A stretch of 38,030 bases of DNA from a virus: UHGV virus genome UHGV-0362136. One strand, given 5' to 3'. Below are positions 7,502-14,965 of this stretch, piece after piece. The position numbers and the translations under genes are program-made. Under the pieces are notes generated by a model that saw nothing but the letters and a program-made list of their open reading frames with translations, searched no databases and was not told where the DNA came from. Every line of letters starts with the position of its first letter. Within the stretch, counting starts at the first letter, position 1.

Positions 7502-8325
7502 GCCGACCACCTCGCGGCGAGGTTGTCGATCACGCCTGGATGAGCCGCCATGTGGGTGTCGCACAGGTCGCAGAACGCGGACAACAGCGGGCGGCGCTCG
7601 GCTGCCTGCTCGCCGGTGGCCTCTGGCCAGCCGTCGTCGCTGGCGATGAGGGAGCGCAGCTCAGCGACAGTTCCCGACCAGCAACCGATGGTGACCCTCC
7701 AGCCGTCAGGCGTGGGGATTAGTAGACAGCGGTAGGGGTGGATGCCGTCGATGCACAGGCCGTCCCACAGCCTCCCGTACAGGTTGGCCCCGCGCAGGTC
7801 GACCCCGTACAGGTTGGCCCCGCGCAGGTTGGCCAAGTGCAGGTTGGCTCCGCGCAGGTCGGCCTCGTGTAGGTCGGCCCCGCGCAGGTTGGCCCCGCGC
7901 AGGTCGGTCTCGCCCAGGTCAGCCTTACGCAGATTGGCCTTACGCAGGCCAGCCCAACGCAGGTCGGCCCCGTGCAGGTCGGCCTCGTGCAGGTCGGCCT
8001 CGTACAGGTCGGCCCCGCTCAGGTTGGCCTTACGCAGGTTGGCTCCGCGCAGGTCGGCCTCGTGTAGGTCGGCCCCGCGCAGGTCGGCCTTACGCAGATT
8101 GGCCCCGCGCAGGTTGGCCAAGTGCAGTTTGGCTCCGCGCAGGTCGGCCTGAAGCAGGTCAGCCCAACTCAGATTGGCCCCGTGTAGGTCGGCCCCGCGC
8201 AGGTTGGACCCGTACAGGTCGGCCTTACGCAGGTTGGCCCCACGCAGGTCGGCCTTACGCAGGTTGGGTGTCTCTCCACGGTATCTGGCCTCGCGGATGA
8301 TCTCTAGAACGTCGTCGCGGTTCAT
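7498..8325 (-). CDS. pentapeptide-repeat protein (about 38 A(D/N)LxxA-type repeats) with a unique roughly 85-aa C-terminal domain
   Basis: Translation is almost entirely ADLRGANLRKADLYGSNLRGADLHGANL... repeats. The DNA shows a 15-nt periodic repeat (gcgcaggtYggccYY) across about 7742-8280. Confidence 0.85.
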   Translation of the reverse strand: MNRDDVLEIIREARYRGETPNLRKADLRGANLRKADLYGSNLRGADLHGANLSWADLLQADLRGAKLHLANLRGANLRKADLRGADLHEADLRGANLRKANLSGADLYEADLHEADLHGADLRWAGLRKANLRKADLGETDLRGANLRGADLHEADLRGANLHLANLRGANLYGVDLRGANLYGRLWDGLCIDGIHPYRCLLIPTPDGWRVTIGCWSGTVAELRSLIASDDGWPEATGEQAAERRPLLSAFCDLCDTHMAAHPGVIDNLAARWSA

Positions 8326-8429
8326 TTCTTCTCCATGTCGTCGTGCAGTTTGGTGATGACGATGACGGCTGCCATGGCGATCACGAGGACCAGGCAGCGC
8401 CCGTCGATGGGGATCATGAGTGCAGTCAT
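8322..8429 (-). CDS. small membrane protein (35 aa)
   Basis: MTALMIPIDGRCLVLVIAMAAVIVITKLHDDMEKK has a single hydrophobic helix. Start and stop overlap neighbours. Confidence 0.3.
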   Translation of the reverse strand: MTALMIPIDGRCLVLVIAMAAVIVITKLHDDMEKK

Positions 8430-8632
8430 GACAGCCTCCTGGTGACCGTGTGCTCTCGCATCCATGCGTTGATTGCTGACTGGGCGATGAGATAGCGGGG
8501 CTGCCCCTTGGGGCCAGTCATCTCGATGTGGGTAATCTCGCGCGACGAGCACATCTCGCGGACGGTTCTGGCGCTCTTGCCAAGCTGCTCAGCGGCCTGG
8601 CGCGGCGTAAAAAAGGCCTCTGTGGTGCTCAT
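8426..8632 (-). CDS. helix-turn-helix DNA-binding protein (MerR/excisionase-like HTH_17 type)
   Basis: MSTTEAFFTPRQAAEQLGKSARTVREMCSSREITHIE... is a classic small phage HTH. Confidence 0.5.
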   Translation of the reverse strand: MSTTEAFFTPRQAAEQLGKSARTVREMCSSREITHIEMTGPKGQPRYLIAQSAINAWMREHTVTRRLS

Positions 8633-9414
8633 GCCGCCGCCTCCTCGGAGTCGAAGCGCCCCGACAAGAAGCGATCCACGAAGTACGTCTGCCCCTTGCC
8701 GGTGACCTTTGGCGTTTTTGAGATAGTGACGTGGCCGTCGGAGTGAGTGACTGCGGTTTCCTTGACCTCGAATAACCCCAGTTCCATGGAGCGCTGGGTG
8801 GGCATGTTCCAGGCAGTTCCCTGCTGCTTGACGAGGTATCCGTTGCCGCGCATCCATGCGAAGAGGCGCGTCGCTCCTATCTGGATGCCGTTGCCGCGAA
8901 GAATCTTGGCGAGGTCACCCACGAGGATGGAGGTGCGTGACGCTGCTACCGAGTCAGCGAAGAGGACTTTAGGCTTGTCGGCTTCGTGTTGGGCTTCAAG
9001 CTCGGCGCGGCGGGCGCGTTCCTCCTTGAGGTCGGTGGCGAGTCTGATAATGAAGTCCGGGTCGGTTAAGGCCTTCTCGGCGGCCTCGGGGGTGAGGTAG
9101 CCGCCGTGCTTGCGGATCGAGGGCAGAACCTCGCTGGTGATCCAGCGGCGGAACGCTGCCGCCTCGGGCTTGTCGGATCGGATGACGACTTCGTACATGC
9201 CCGCCTCAGACACGATGGTCATTTCCTGGTCCCCGCCAGGGGTCGTCATCTGAGTACGACCCTTCATGTCACCGGCAAGCCGGGCTGCGACTCGGTGAGG
9301 CTGAGATAGGTTGAGCACCTTGCACAGATCGGCAAGCACGAACCACGGCTCGGCGTTGATGGTGACGACGCGGACGGGCTGGTCCTCGTAGGTGAATGGG
9401 GTAAGCTGAGTCAT
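8629..9414 (-). CDS. phage antirepressor (Bro-N domain + KilA-C/Ant C-terminal domain)
   Basis: Start at MTQLTPFTYEDQPVRVVTINAEPWFVLADLCKVL (Bro-N-like) with AAAGGAAG RBS. The C-terminal ...LFADSVAASRTSILVGDLAKIL...GYLVKQQ... part is antirepressor KilAC-like. Confidence 0.8.
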   Translation of the reverse strand: MTQLTPFTYEDQPVRVVTINAEPWFVLADLCKVLNLSQPHRVAARLAGDMKGRTQMTTPGGDQEMTIVSEAGMYEVVIRSDKPEAAAFRRWITSEVLPSIRKHGGYLTPEAAEKALTDPDFIIRLATDLKEERARRAELEAQHEADKPKVLFADSVAASRTSILVGDLAKILRGNGIQIGATRLFAWMRGNGYLVKQQGTAWNMPTQRSMELGLFEVKETAVTHSDGHVTISKTPKVTGKGQTYFVDRFLSGRFDSEEAAA

Positions 9415-9444
9415 GGAACTTCCTTTCTTGGTTCTTCTGTTTGC

Positions 9445-9470
9445 CGCCCCTGTTGCCTCGGGGGCGGCTT
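9445..9470. other. GC-rich stem-loop between cro-like gene and antirepressor gene
   Basis: GCCGCCCC-tgttgcctc-GGGGCGGC inverted repeat. It is followed by a T-rich run only on the plus strand (tttcttt). Could be an attenuator or an antisense terminator. Confidence 0.3.
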
Positions 9471-9488
9471 TCTTTATGTCTGGCGTGG

Positions 9489-9758
9489 TCATGCTGCCCG
9501 CCCTACTTGTTTTGCACGTTCCGAACTTGCATGCGACGGCATAGAAAAGTCCTCTCCATATGCGAAGGCGTCTTCTATGTCGATGTCGAGCTTCCGGCAC
9601 ATCGTCAGCGCGAGACGTTCGGAGCATGTGGCCGCTCCCCCCGTCTCAACGAGCGACACGAACTGCTGTGTGCATCCGGTGATCGCGGCTAGGTCCGACT
9701 GAGACAGTGAGCGTCGACGGCGCGCTCTGGCGATAGCGCCAGGGTTAATGATCCGCAT
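9489..9758 (-). CDS. XRE-family HTH regulator (Cro-like, 89 aa)
   Basis: Start at MRIINPGAIARARRRRSLSQSDLAAITGCTQQFVSLVETG (AGGGAGG RBS). The ORF-track N-extension is not credible. Transcribed divergently from the repressor-like gene. Confidence 0.7.
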   Translation of the reverse strand: MRIINPGAIARARRRRSLSQSDLAAITGCTQQFVSLVETGGAATCSERLALTMCRKLDIDIEDAFAYGEDFSMPSHASSERAKQVGRAA

Positions 9759-9818
9759 CCATGAGCCTCCCTTTCGTTGCGGTCTGGCTGCATGTCCTAT
9801 TCTGCAAGCTCCGCGCTT

Positions 9819-9962
9819 GGAATACAAGTTCCTCATGTCCCTAGACCATAGTGGTTGTGGCTTGTACAAGCAAGCTAGACGCTTGTATTGCCTAGTCGCG
9901 CCGCGTGTCGTGATGCCCGTAAAGCTTCTTGGTTGTACAAGCGATACGCTTGTGACATGTAC
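9819..9962. promoter_or_regulatory. operator cluster in the divergent regulatory region: perfect 12-bp palindrome GCTTGTACAAGC (9860-9871) plus related copies
   Basis: Related sites are GTTGTACAAGC (9932-9942), GCTTGTAttg (9881-9890), GCTTGTgACATGTAC (9948-9962) and GGAATACAAGTTCC (about 9825-9841). All lie between the Cro-like start (9758) and the repressor-like start (9985). Confidence 0.5.
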
Positions 9963-9984
9963 GCCATGACACAAGGGGCCAATC

Positions 9985-10473
9985 ATGGATGACGTGACAG
10001 CGCTCCAGCGTCTCATCGCAAACCGGCAACGGGACCTCAACGCCCCGAGCCTCATCGCGATGTACCGTGCGGCAAACCTGCCCAGGGGTGCCATCACATA
10101 CGAGACCCTGCGTCGTATGGCGACAGGGCGGCAGCGGTCCATTCGTGGGGATCAAACCTATGAGGACCTGTCGACCATCCTCCGGGTGAGCGTTGATGAC
10201 GTGAAATCGGCAGAGGCCGGGTACACGCCCATCGGGGGATGGGAGCGGTACGAGCGGCTCAACGCCGAGGAAAGGAAGGCTGTCGAGGGCGTCATGGACG
10301 CCATACTCGCGGCACGGGAAGCAGGAGGTAGCAGTGATGACCGGCAATCTGAGGCTCAGAAGAGCCCGCTAGAGGCGTCGGGGAGCGAGGAAGCCACCCT
10401 CGCCGCCGACAACCCCGGCACGCCGACCGACCGCGAGCGCATGGAAGCAGAGTGGGGCGATGAACCCGCCTAA
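9985..10473 (+). CDS. repressor-like DNA-binding protein (ImmR-like partner of ImmA)
   Basis: AAGGGG RBS before the ATG. Has a degenerate HTH and an acidic C-terminus. Overlaps and precedes the ImmA/IrrE metallopeptidase gene, as in ImmR-ImmA modules. Confidence 0.45.
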   Translation: MDDVTALQRLIANRQRDLNAPSLIAMYRAANLPRGAITYETLRRMATGRQRSIRGDQTYEDLSTILRVSVDDVKSAEAGYTPIGGWERYERLNAEERKAVEGVMDAILAAREAGGSSDDRQSEAQKSPLEASGSEEATLAADNPGTPTDRERMEAEWGDEPA

Positions 10474-10861
10474 CCCGTGGGCATGGCTGCGCTCGCGGCC
10501 ATCCATTGACCTCGTGTGGGGTGGGCTGCCGGTCGGATGGCGTGGAGCCACGGACGGAAGCACCATCTGGATAGCCGAGAGGCTCACCCAGCGGGAGCGA
10601 CGATCCACCCTCGCGCACGAGATCACACACATCGAGCTAGGGCTCCTCGGGCCACAGTCACCCGTCTGTGAGGAGCGTGTCAGGGTCGCCACGGCACGGT
10701 GGCTGCTGCCAGACCTGGACGCGATAGCGGACGCCCTGGCTGACTCGACACCCGAGGATGCCGCCACAGACCTGTGGGTAGCAGACGATATCCTCGCCAC
10801 GCGACTAGCACACCTCACCGCCGGTGAGCGTGACCACATCAGCCGCACAGCAGAGATATAG
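10460..10861 (+). CDS. ImmA/IrrE-family zinc metallopeptidase (anti-repressor protease)
   Basis: HEXXH motif in STLAHEITHIELGLLGP with the typical size and context (COG2856-like). Confidence 0.7.
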   Translation: MNPPNPWAWLRSRPSIDLVWGGLPVGWRGATDGSTIWIAERLTQRERRSTLAHEITHIELGLLGPQSPVCEERVRVATARWLLPDLDAIADALADSTPEDAATDLWVADDILATRLAHLTAGERDHISRTAEI

Positions 10862-10873
10862 AGAGGATTCGCC

Positions 10874-11176
10874 ATGAAGAAAATCGGTGCCGACATGCTG
10901 GCCAATCTCGACCAGCAGCTCGCCGATGGCAAGATCGGTCAGGCCGAGCATGACTCGCGACGGATCGAGATCGAGGAAATGATTCGCACTGGCAAAGATG
11001 TCGACATGGACGCGGGGGAGCGCGTCGGGCGTGCCATCGGCGGCATTCTCGTGTGGCTGTTGGTGGCGTTCGCCTTCGGGTTTCTAGTCCCTGGACCCCA
11101 GCCGCTTCCATTCATCATTGGGATGCTTGTCGGCTTGTGGCCTGCCCTGCGGATCGCTCATCCACGGCTGCGCTGA
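10874..11176 (+). CDS. small membrane protein with SHOCT-like N-terminal motif and two TM helices
   Basis: LANLDQQLADGKIGQAEHDSRRIEIEEMIR resembles the SHOCT motif. Followed by GGILVWLLVAFAFGFLV and IIGMLVGLWPAL hydrophobic segments. Confidence 0.4.
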   Translation: MKKIGADMLANLDQQLADGKIGQAEHDSRRIEIEEMIRTGKDVDMDAGERVGRAIGGILVWLLVAFAFGFLVPGPQPLPFIIGMLVGLWPALRIAHPRLR

Positions 11177-11178
11177 CC

Positions 11179-12231
11179 GTGGCTGTCCAGGACCTGTGGC
11201 GGGATCGTCACGGCAATCCCACTCGCCGGGATGGTCGCGGGAAACGGTGGCGTGTCGTGGTGGCTGGCTGGCCCACCACGGCATGCCGCACCAGGGCTGA
11301 GGCCGACCGGATCAACGCCATTCGGCTCACGACGAAGCCGCCGCGCCCCGAGGATGGGCGAACCGTCGGCGACCTCGTGAGCGTGTGGCTGGATGGCAAG
11401 CGCGGCCTGAGCCCCAAGGGTTACGAGGCGGCAGAGCTCGCGGCCTCGTATGTGCGAGAACGATGGGGCGATGTGAGCCCGTCGGACGTGAGTGCCCCCG
11501 ATGTGCAGTCGTGGATCGCGTCGCTGCGCACCGCACATGGCCCGGCGTCGGCGTCACTGCGACACAAGGTATTGCAGTGTCTCCGGGGGGCTGTGGGGGA
11601 CCGTGCAGACCTGTCAGCGGTGAGGGCGCCGCGGGAGGTGCGCCGGGACGTGCACCCGCTGAGCATTGATGAGCTGAGGGTGCTCGCCGAGGAGATAGGC
11701 AAGGGGCACGGGCGTGACGATTCGGCGGCCCTCGTCTGGCTGCTGGGCACGACAGGTCTGCGCATCAGTGAGGCGATGGCGTTGAATGTGGGGGACGTCG
11801 ATTCGGAGCGCAAGCGGCTGAGGGTGCACCGCTCCAAGACGGGCCGCGCCCGCGATGTGCCAGTCCCGGCGTCCGTGTTGGCCATGCTCGATCTGAAGCG
11901 AACCCCGTCGGAACCGCTTGTGCGTGGGGCTCGTGGCAGGAGGCTGTACAAGGATTCATGGCGGCAGCGGAGGTTCCGTCCGGCCTGCGACAGGCTGGGA
12001 TGGCAGGGGCTACGCATCCATGACCTGAGGCACACGGCGGCATCGCTGGCCATCGCGAGTGGCGCGGACGTCAAAGCGGTCCAGCGGATGCTCGGGCATG
12101 CGTCGGCGACGATGACCTTGGACTTGTACGGGCACTTGTGGGATCGCGGGCTGGATGATGTCGCCGACCGGATGGAGGCGATGATGGCGGCTGAGGACGA
12201 TACCCAGACTGTACCGGGGTCGCTTGACTAG
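11179..12231 (+). CDS. int: tyrosine integrase (phage integrase family)
   Basis: Start placed at a GTG just after the upstream stop. The catalytic region has ...LRISEAMAL..., HDLRHTAASLAIASGADVKAVQRMLGHASATMTLDLYGHL (R..H..R..Y signature). Confidence 0.9.
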   Translation: MAVQDLWRDRHGNPTRRDGRGKRWRVVVAGWPTTACRTRAEADRINAIRLTTKPPRPEDGRTVGDLVSVWLDGKRGLSPKGYEAAELAASYVRERWGDVSPSDVSAPDVQSWIASLRTAHGPASASLRHKVLQCLRGAVGDRADLSAVRAPREVRRDVHPLSIDELRVLAEEIGKGHGRDDSAALVWLLGTTGLRISEAMALNVGDVDSERKRLRVHRSKTGRARDVPVPASVLAMLDLKRTPSEPLVRGARGRRLYKDSWRQRRFRPACDRLGWQGLRIHDLRHTAASLAIASGADVKAVQRMLGHASATMTLDLYGHLWDRGLDDVADRMEAMMAAEDDTQTVPGSLD

Positions 12232-12237
12232 GCATGG

Positions 12238-12290
12238 GGCCTACTTTGGGAGCAGGAGACCGCAGGTTCGAGTCCTGTCGCCCCGACCCC
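12238..12290 (+). other. attP-like core: 3' portion of a tRNA (anticodon loop TGG suggests tRNA-Pro) from anticodon arm through T-arm to acceptor 3' strand
   Basis: With numbering from 12215, the T-loop TTCGAGT falls at tRNA positions 54-60. T-stem is GCAGG/CCTGT, anticodon loop is ttTGGga with U33, and the 3' acceptor strand is CGCCCCG-A-CC. The 5' acceptor and D stems do not pair, so only the 3' part is tRNA-derived. It lies immediately after int. Confidence 0.5.
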
Positions 12291-12296
12291 TAGCCA

Positions 12297-12341
12297 GGGC
12301 CACTTTGACGGCGTTATGCCTAGTCAAGTGGCCTTTTTTCA
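12297..12341 (+). terminator. rho-independent terminator-like hairpin + T6 downstream of int/att core
   Basis: GGGCACTTTGAC-loop-GTCAAGTGGCC (about 11 bp stem with one bulge and one mismatch) followed by TTTTTTC. Confidence 0.4.
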
Positions 12342-12684
12342 TGCCTTCTCATGTGATACGCAGTGGCATCGAGTGCCCCTGAGTGCCTCCATGTGTCCGT
12401 ACCGGGTACGGCGCTGACTAGGGGTCGAGCATGTGGGGGTCGGGATGATCTGTACCCAGACTGTACCGGCGGCTGTACCTCGAGCCAGCACGGGGCCATC
12501 ATGGTTGCAGCCGATGAAACGCGATGAAACTCCTAGTCGCAACTATATCGCTCATCCATGTTGAGCGATTCTGATAACTCGGTTGCGCATGGTGTCATGG
12601 GGTGCCATTATTAATGGTGTCAGCAAGAAAGACCCCCGCGAGGTGGCAGCCTCCGGGGGTATGGACAGAGAAAGGACCTCTGAC

Positions 12685-12999
12685 ATGACCGAGAATACCA
12701 ACACCAACACCGCCACCGACGAGAACCTGTTTGACCTGCACGCGGCGCTGATTGATCGTGGCGCTGATGTCGACTTCGCGACTGACTCCTACGATCTGTC
12801 CGACCTGCTCAAGGTCTGGGACGACGACCGGGAGACCTACACGCTGGTTGGGGAGGCCCGCGACGAGAACTACACCCCCATGGACGGGTTCCAGTGGAGC
12901 CGGTACGAGGTTATCGACGACGGGTCCGACCAGAACGTAGGCGGCGAGGGATACGCGTCCACCGTGGCTGAGGCTGTCGCCTACCTCGCCGGAAACTGA
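12685..12999 (+). CDS. hypothetical acidic protein (104 aa)
   Basis: Start at MTENTNTNTATDEN (AAAGGA RBS) within ORF 12583..12999. Followed by hairpin GCCGGGGC-tacaa-GCCCCGGC (13018-13038). Confidence 0.5.
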   Translation: MTENTNTNTATDENLFDLHAALIDRGADVDFATDSYDLSDLLKVWDDDRETYTLVGEARDENYTPMDGFQWSRYEVIDDGSDQNVGGEGYASTVAEAVAYLAGN

Positions 13000-13090
13000 C
13001 CCGAATATCAACCCTGAGCCGGGGCTACAAGCCCCGGCCCCACTATGACCGGGGAGACGACGACCCAACCGGTCCGAAAGGAACACTGTT

Positions 13091-13540
13091 ATGGCTCGGA
13101 CGACCATTCACGCCGCGATCCAGGATGATCTAGCCGCGTGGGTCACCCACCGCGAGGCCCTGAGGGGTGAGGCGAGGTCGCTGGGACGGGCGTCTGTCTC
13201 GGAGCTGCGAACCTTCAAGGACCTGCTTGATGCTGAGTTGGCGCGGACGCGCTGGAGTCTGGCGGAGCTGGAACTTCTGGCCCGGTCAACGATGGGCACT
13301 ACCGCCGGCCCCGGTGTGTCGACCTCGGTCGGTGCGATGTTCGGCGCGGTCTACGATGCGCGCCGTCTGGGTGATGTGCCCGACGACGAGGCCACAGCGG
13401 CCCTGCTCGACAGGCTCGGAGCGCTGTCTCCCGCCGCCGACATGGCACTCGAGTATGCGGTGGCTGCATGGTGGGCTGATGGCCATGCGCTCACTGCGCT
13501 GGAGTGGGAGTCCGTCGGCGTCAGAGTCACCACGGACTGA
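13091..13540 (+). CDS. hypothetical protein (149 aa)
   Basis: ORF track. AAAGGAAC-like RBS upstream. No motif recognised. Confidence 0.45.
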   Translation: MARTTIHAAIQDDLAAWVTHREALRGEARSLGRASVSELRTFKDLLDAELARTRWSLAELELLARSTMGTTAGPGVSTSVGAMFGAVYDARRLGDVPDDEATAALLDRLGALSPAADMALEYAVAAWWADGHALTALEWESVGVRVTTD

Positions 13541-13543
13541 CCG

Positions 13544-14512
13544 ATGAGCCGCAAACCACGGTGGGGTGCGTTGGCGTGGCCTGGTATTTGCCGGGCTACC
13601 GCCTCAGCGCTGACCGACGAGTCACGGCGGCTGGGCGGTCTGGCGATGCGCGCCGAGTCGATGGGGGCTATCGGCCCCCGCGACGAGCTGGGGGCTGAGG
13701 CGGTGGCCTGCCGCGACTATGCGGGGATCCTGGCCTCCGGTGAGCGCATCTGGGTATCAGCTGACATGGTGGCGGCTACCACTGATGCCGCCGCCGACGT
13801 GCCCAGCCTCGACACGATCGACATGCCTGAGGCGCGCGGGTGCCTCGGCCTGGCCACGCCTCTCCCCCCAGTCGGCCTGGGGCATCCCCTGTGGCTGCGC
13901 ACACCGGAGGGAGGGACGAGAGAGCATACCGAGCCGATATCGGTTGATGCGCTGGCGTGGACGACCGTCGGGACATCGGTGCGAGTGGTGCTCATGACGC
14001 GCACACATCGCCTGCCAGCCCCTCTGCATGGCACCGACTCGCCACTGAGCGTGGTCGAGTCCATGACAGTTCCCGCCCGGATGGATTTCGACGGCATGGA
14101 GGCGCGGCAGGTGCAACCAGGCGGAGCCATGGACCAACTACCGCACGACCGGGTGCGCCCGATGCTGCGGGTGGCATCCTGGCTGAGCGCGGCATGGGTG
14201 CTCATGGCGACCCCGACGGTGTCGGAGCCGCACCCCATGGATGGCCGGTGGGGAGGCCCAGCAACAGGGCAGACCCGTCCACGTGATCGGGTGACCGTCG
14301 TCGACATGCGACCCATGAGGCAGGTGCACACCACCACCGACCCCACTGGCAGGCGGTTGACGACCCGCCACGTCGTGCGAGGACACTGGACACACCAGCC
14401 CTACGGCCCGGCCCGCAGCCTCCGACGCCTCCAATGGGTCGCCCCATTCATCCGAGGCCCCGAGGGGGCACCGTTTGTCGGCACCGACACCGTGCGAGTG
14501 TGGCGACGCTAG
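13544..14512 (+). CDS. hypothetical protein (322 aa)
   Basis: ORF track. Closely follows the previous gene (4 nt). Ends just before the bidirectional terminator. Confidence 0.45.
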   Translation: MSRKPRWGALAWPGICRATASALTDESRRLGGLAMRAESMGAIGPRDELGAEAVACRDYAGILASGERIWVSADMVAATTDAAADVPSLDTIDMPEARGCLGLATPLPPVGLGHPLWLRTPEGGTREHTEPISVDALAWTTVGTSVRVVLMTRTHRLPAPLHGTDSPLSVVESMTVPARMDFDGMEARQVQPGGAMDQLPHDRVRPMLRVASWLSAAWVLMATPTVSEPHPMDGRWGGPATGQTRPRDRVTVVDMRPMRQVHTTTDPTGRRLTTRHVVRGHWTHQPYGPARSLRRLQWVAPFIRGPEGAPFVGTDTVRVWRR

Positions 14513-14520
14513 AGACGCAA

Positions 14521-14562
14521 AAAAGAGCCCCCGAACCCGCAGGTTCGGGGGCGGCTTGTTGA
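14521..14562. terminator. bidirectional rho-independent terminator (end of the minus-strand late operon and of the plus-strand moron block)
   Basis: Perfect hairpin GCCCCCGAACC-cgca-GGTTCGGGGGC flanked by aaaaaaga on one side, so the minus-strand read is hairpin + TCTTTTTTG. Confidence 0.7.
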
Positions 14563-14569
14563 GGAAGCG

Positions 14570-14965
14570 TTACTCCTGCGCATGGCGGAGCGCAGGAGCA
14601 GAGTCGGGCTCGCCATCGGCTGGGGGAGCGTCGTCGTTGATGGGCTCGATCATGCCGGGGTCATCGTCGGGGATATCCAGGGCGGGCTCGGCGGGAGGCT
14701 CAATGAGCTCCACGTCCTCGCCTGCGAGAGCCGGGGCCTCGGGGTGATTGCCAGCGACAAATGTCGGCGACCCCAGCGACGTGGCGACCGACAGGATGGC
14801 CGCAACCCCAGCCGTAATCAGCGCAGACAACCACGGCAGGCCGCGAACACTATCTACCGTGTACACGACACCTGCACCGACCCCAAGCGTAGCAACAAAC
14901 GTTTGCACAAACGTTTTCACAGCCCGCTCGAAACAGCCACGCCAAAAATACTTGTCCATGCTCAC
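14570..14965 (-). CDS. holin (two predicted TM helices, Pro/Asp/Glu-rich C-terminus)
   Basis: Immediately downstream of the endolysin with overlapping stop/start. Hydrophobic segments TFVQTFVATLGVGAGVVYTV and LSALITAGVAAILSVATSLG. Resembles the Cutibacterium-phage holin arrangement. Confidence 0.65.
   Translation of the reverse strand: MSMDKYFWRGCFERAVKTFVQTFVATLGVGAGVVYTVDSVRGLPWLSALITAGVAAILSVATSLGSPTFVAGNHPEAPALAGEDVELIEPPAEPALDIPDDDPGMIEPINDDAPPADGEPDSAPALRHAQE

Larger units (their letters stand above)
12202..12469. repeat. 17-bp exact direct repeat TACCCAGACTGTACCGG (12202-12218 and 12453-12469) flanking the att core; candidate integrase arm-type sites
   Basis: Seen directly. A third partial copy CTGTACC is at 12473-12479. 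Also an inverted pair CTTGACTAGGC (12224-12234) / GCCTAGTCAAG (12318-12328) brackets the tRNA-like core. Confidence 0.45.

Noticed and set aside
7742-8356. Plus-strand ORFs encoding RLAPRRSA-type repeats and the 15-nt nucleotide periodicity, considered as a possible CRISPR-like array
   Set aside because: The period is 15 nt with no unique spacers. It is the coding repeat of the minus-strand pentapeptide-repeat gene read in the wrong strand.
12215-12289. Possible complete tRNA gene overlapping the integrase 3' end
   Set aside because: Only the anticodon arm, T-arm and 3' acceptor strand fold. The 5' acceptor strand pairs 4 of 7 and the D stem is G-U only. Interpreted as the phage-borne 3' tRNA fragment of attP.
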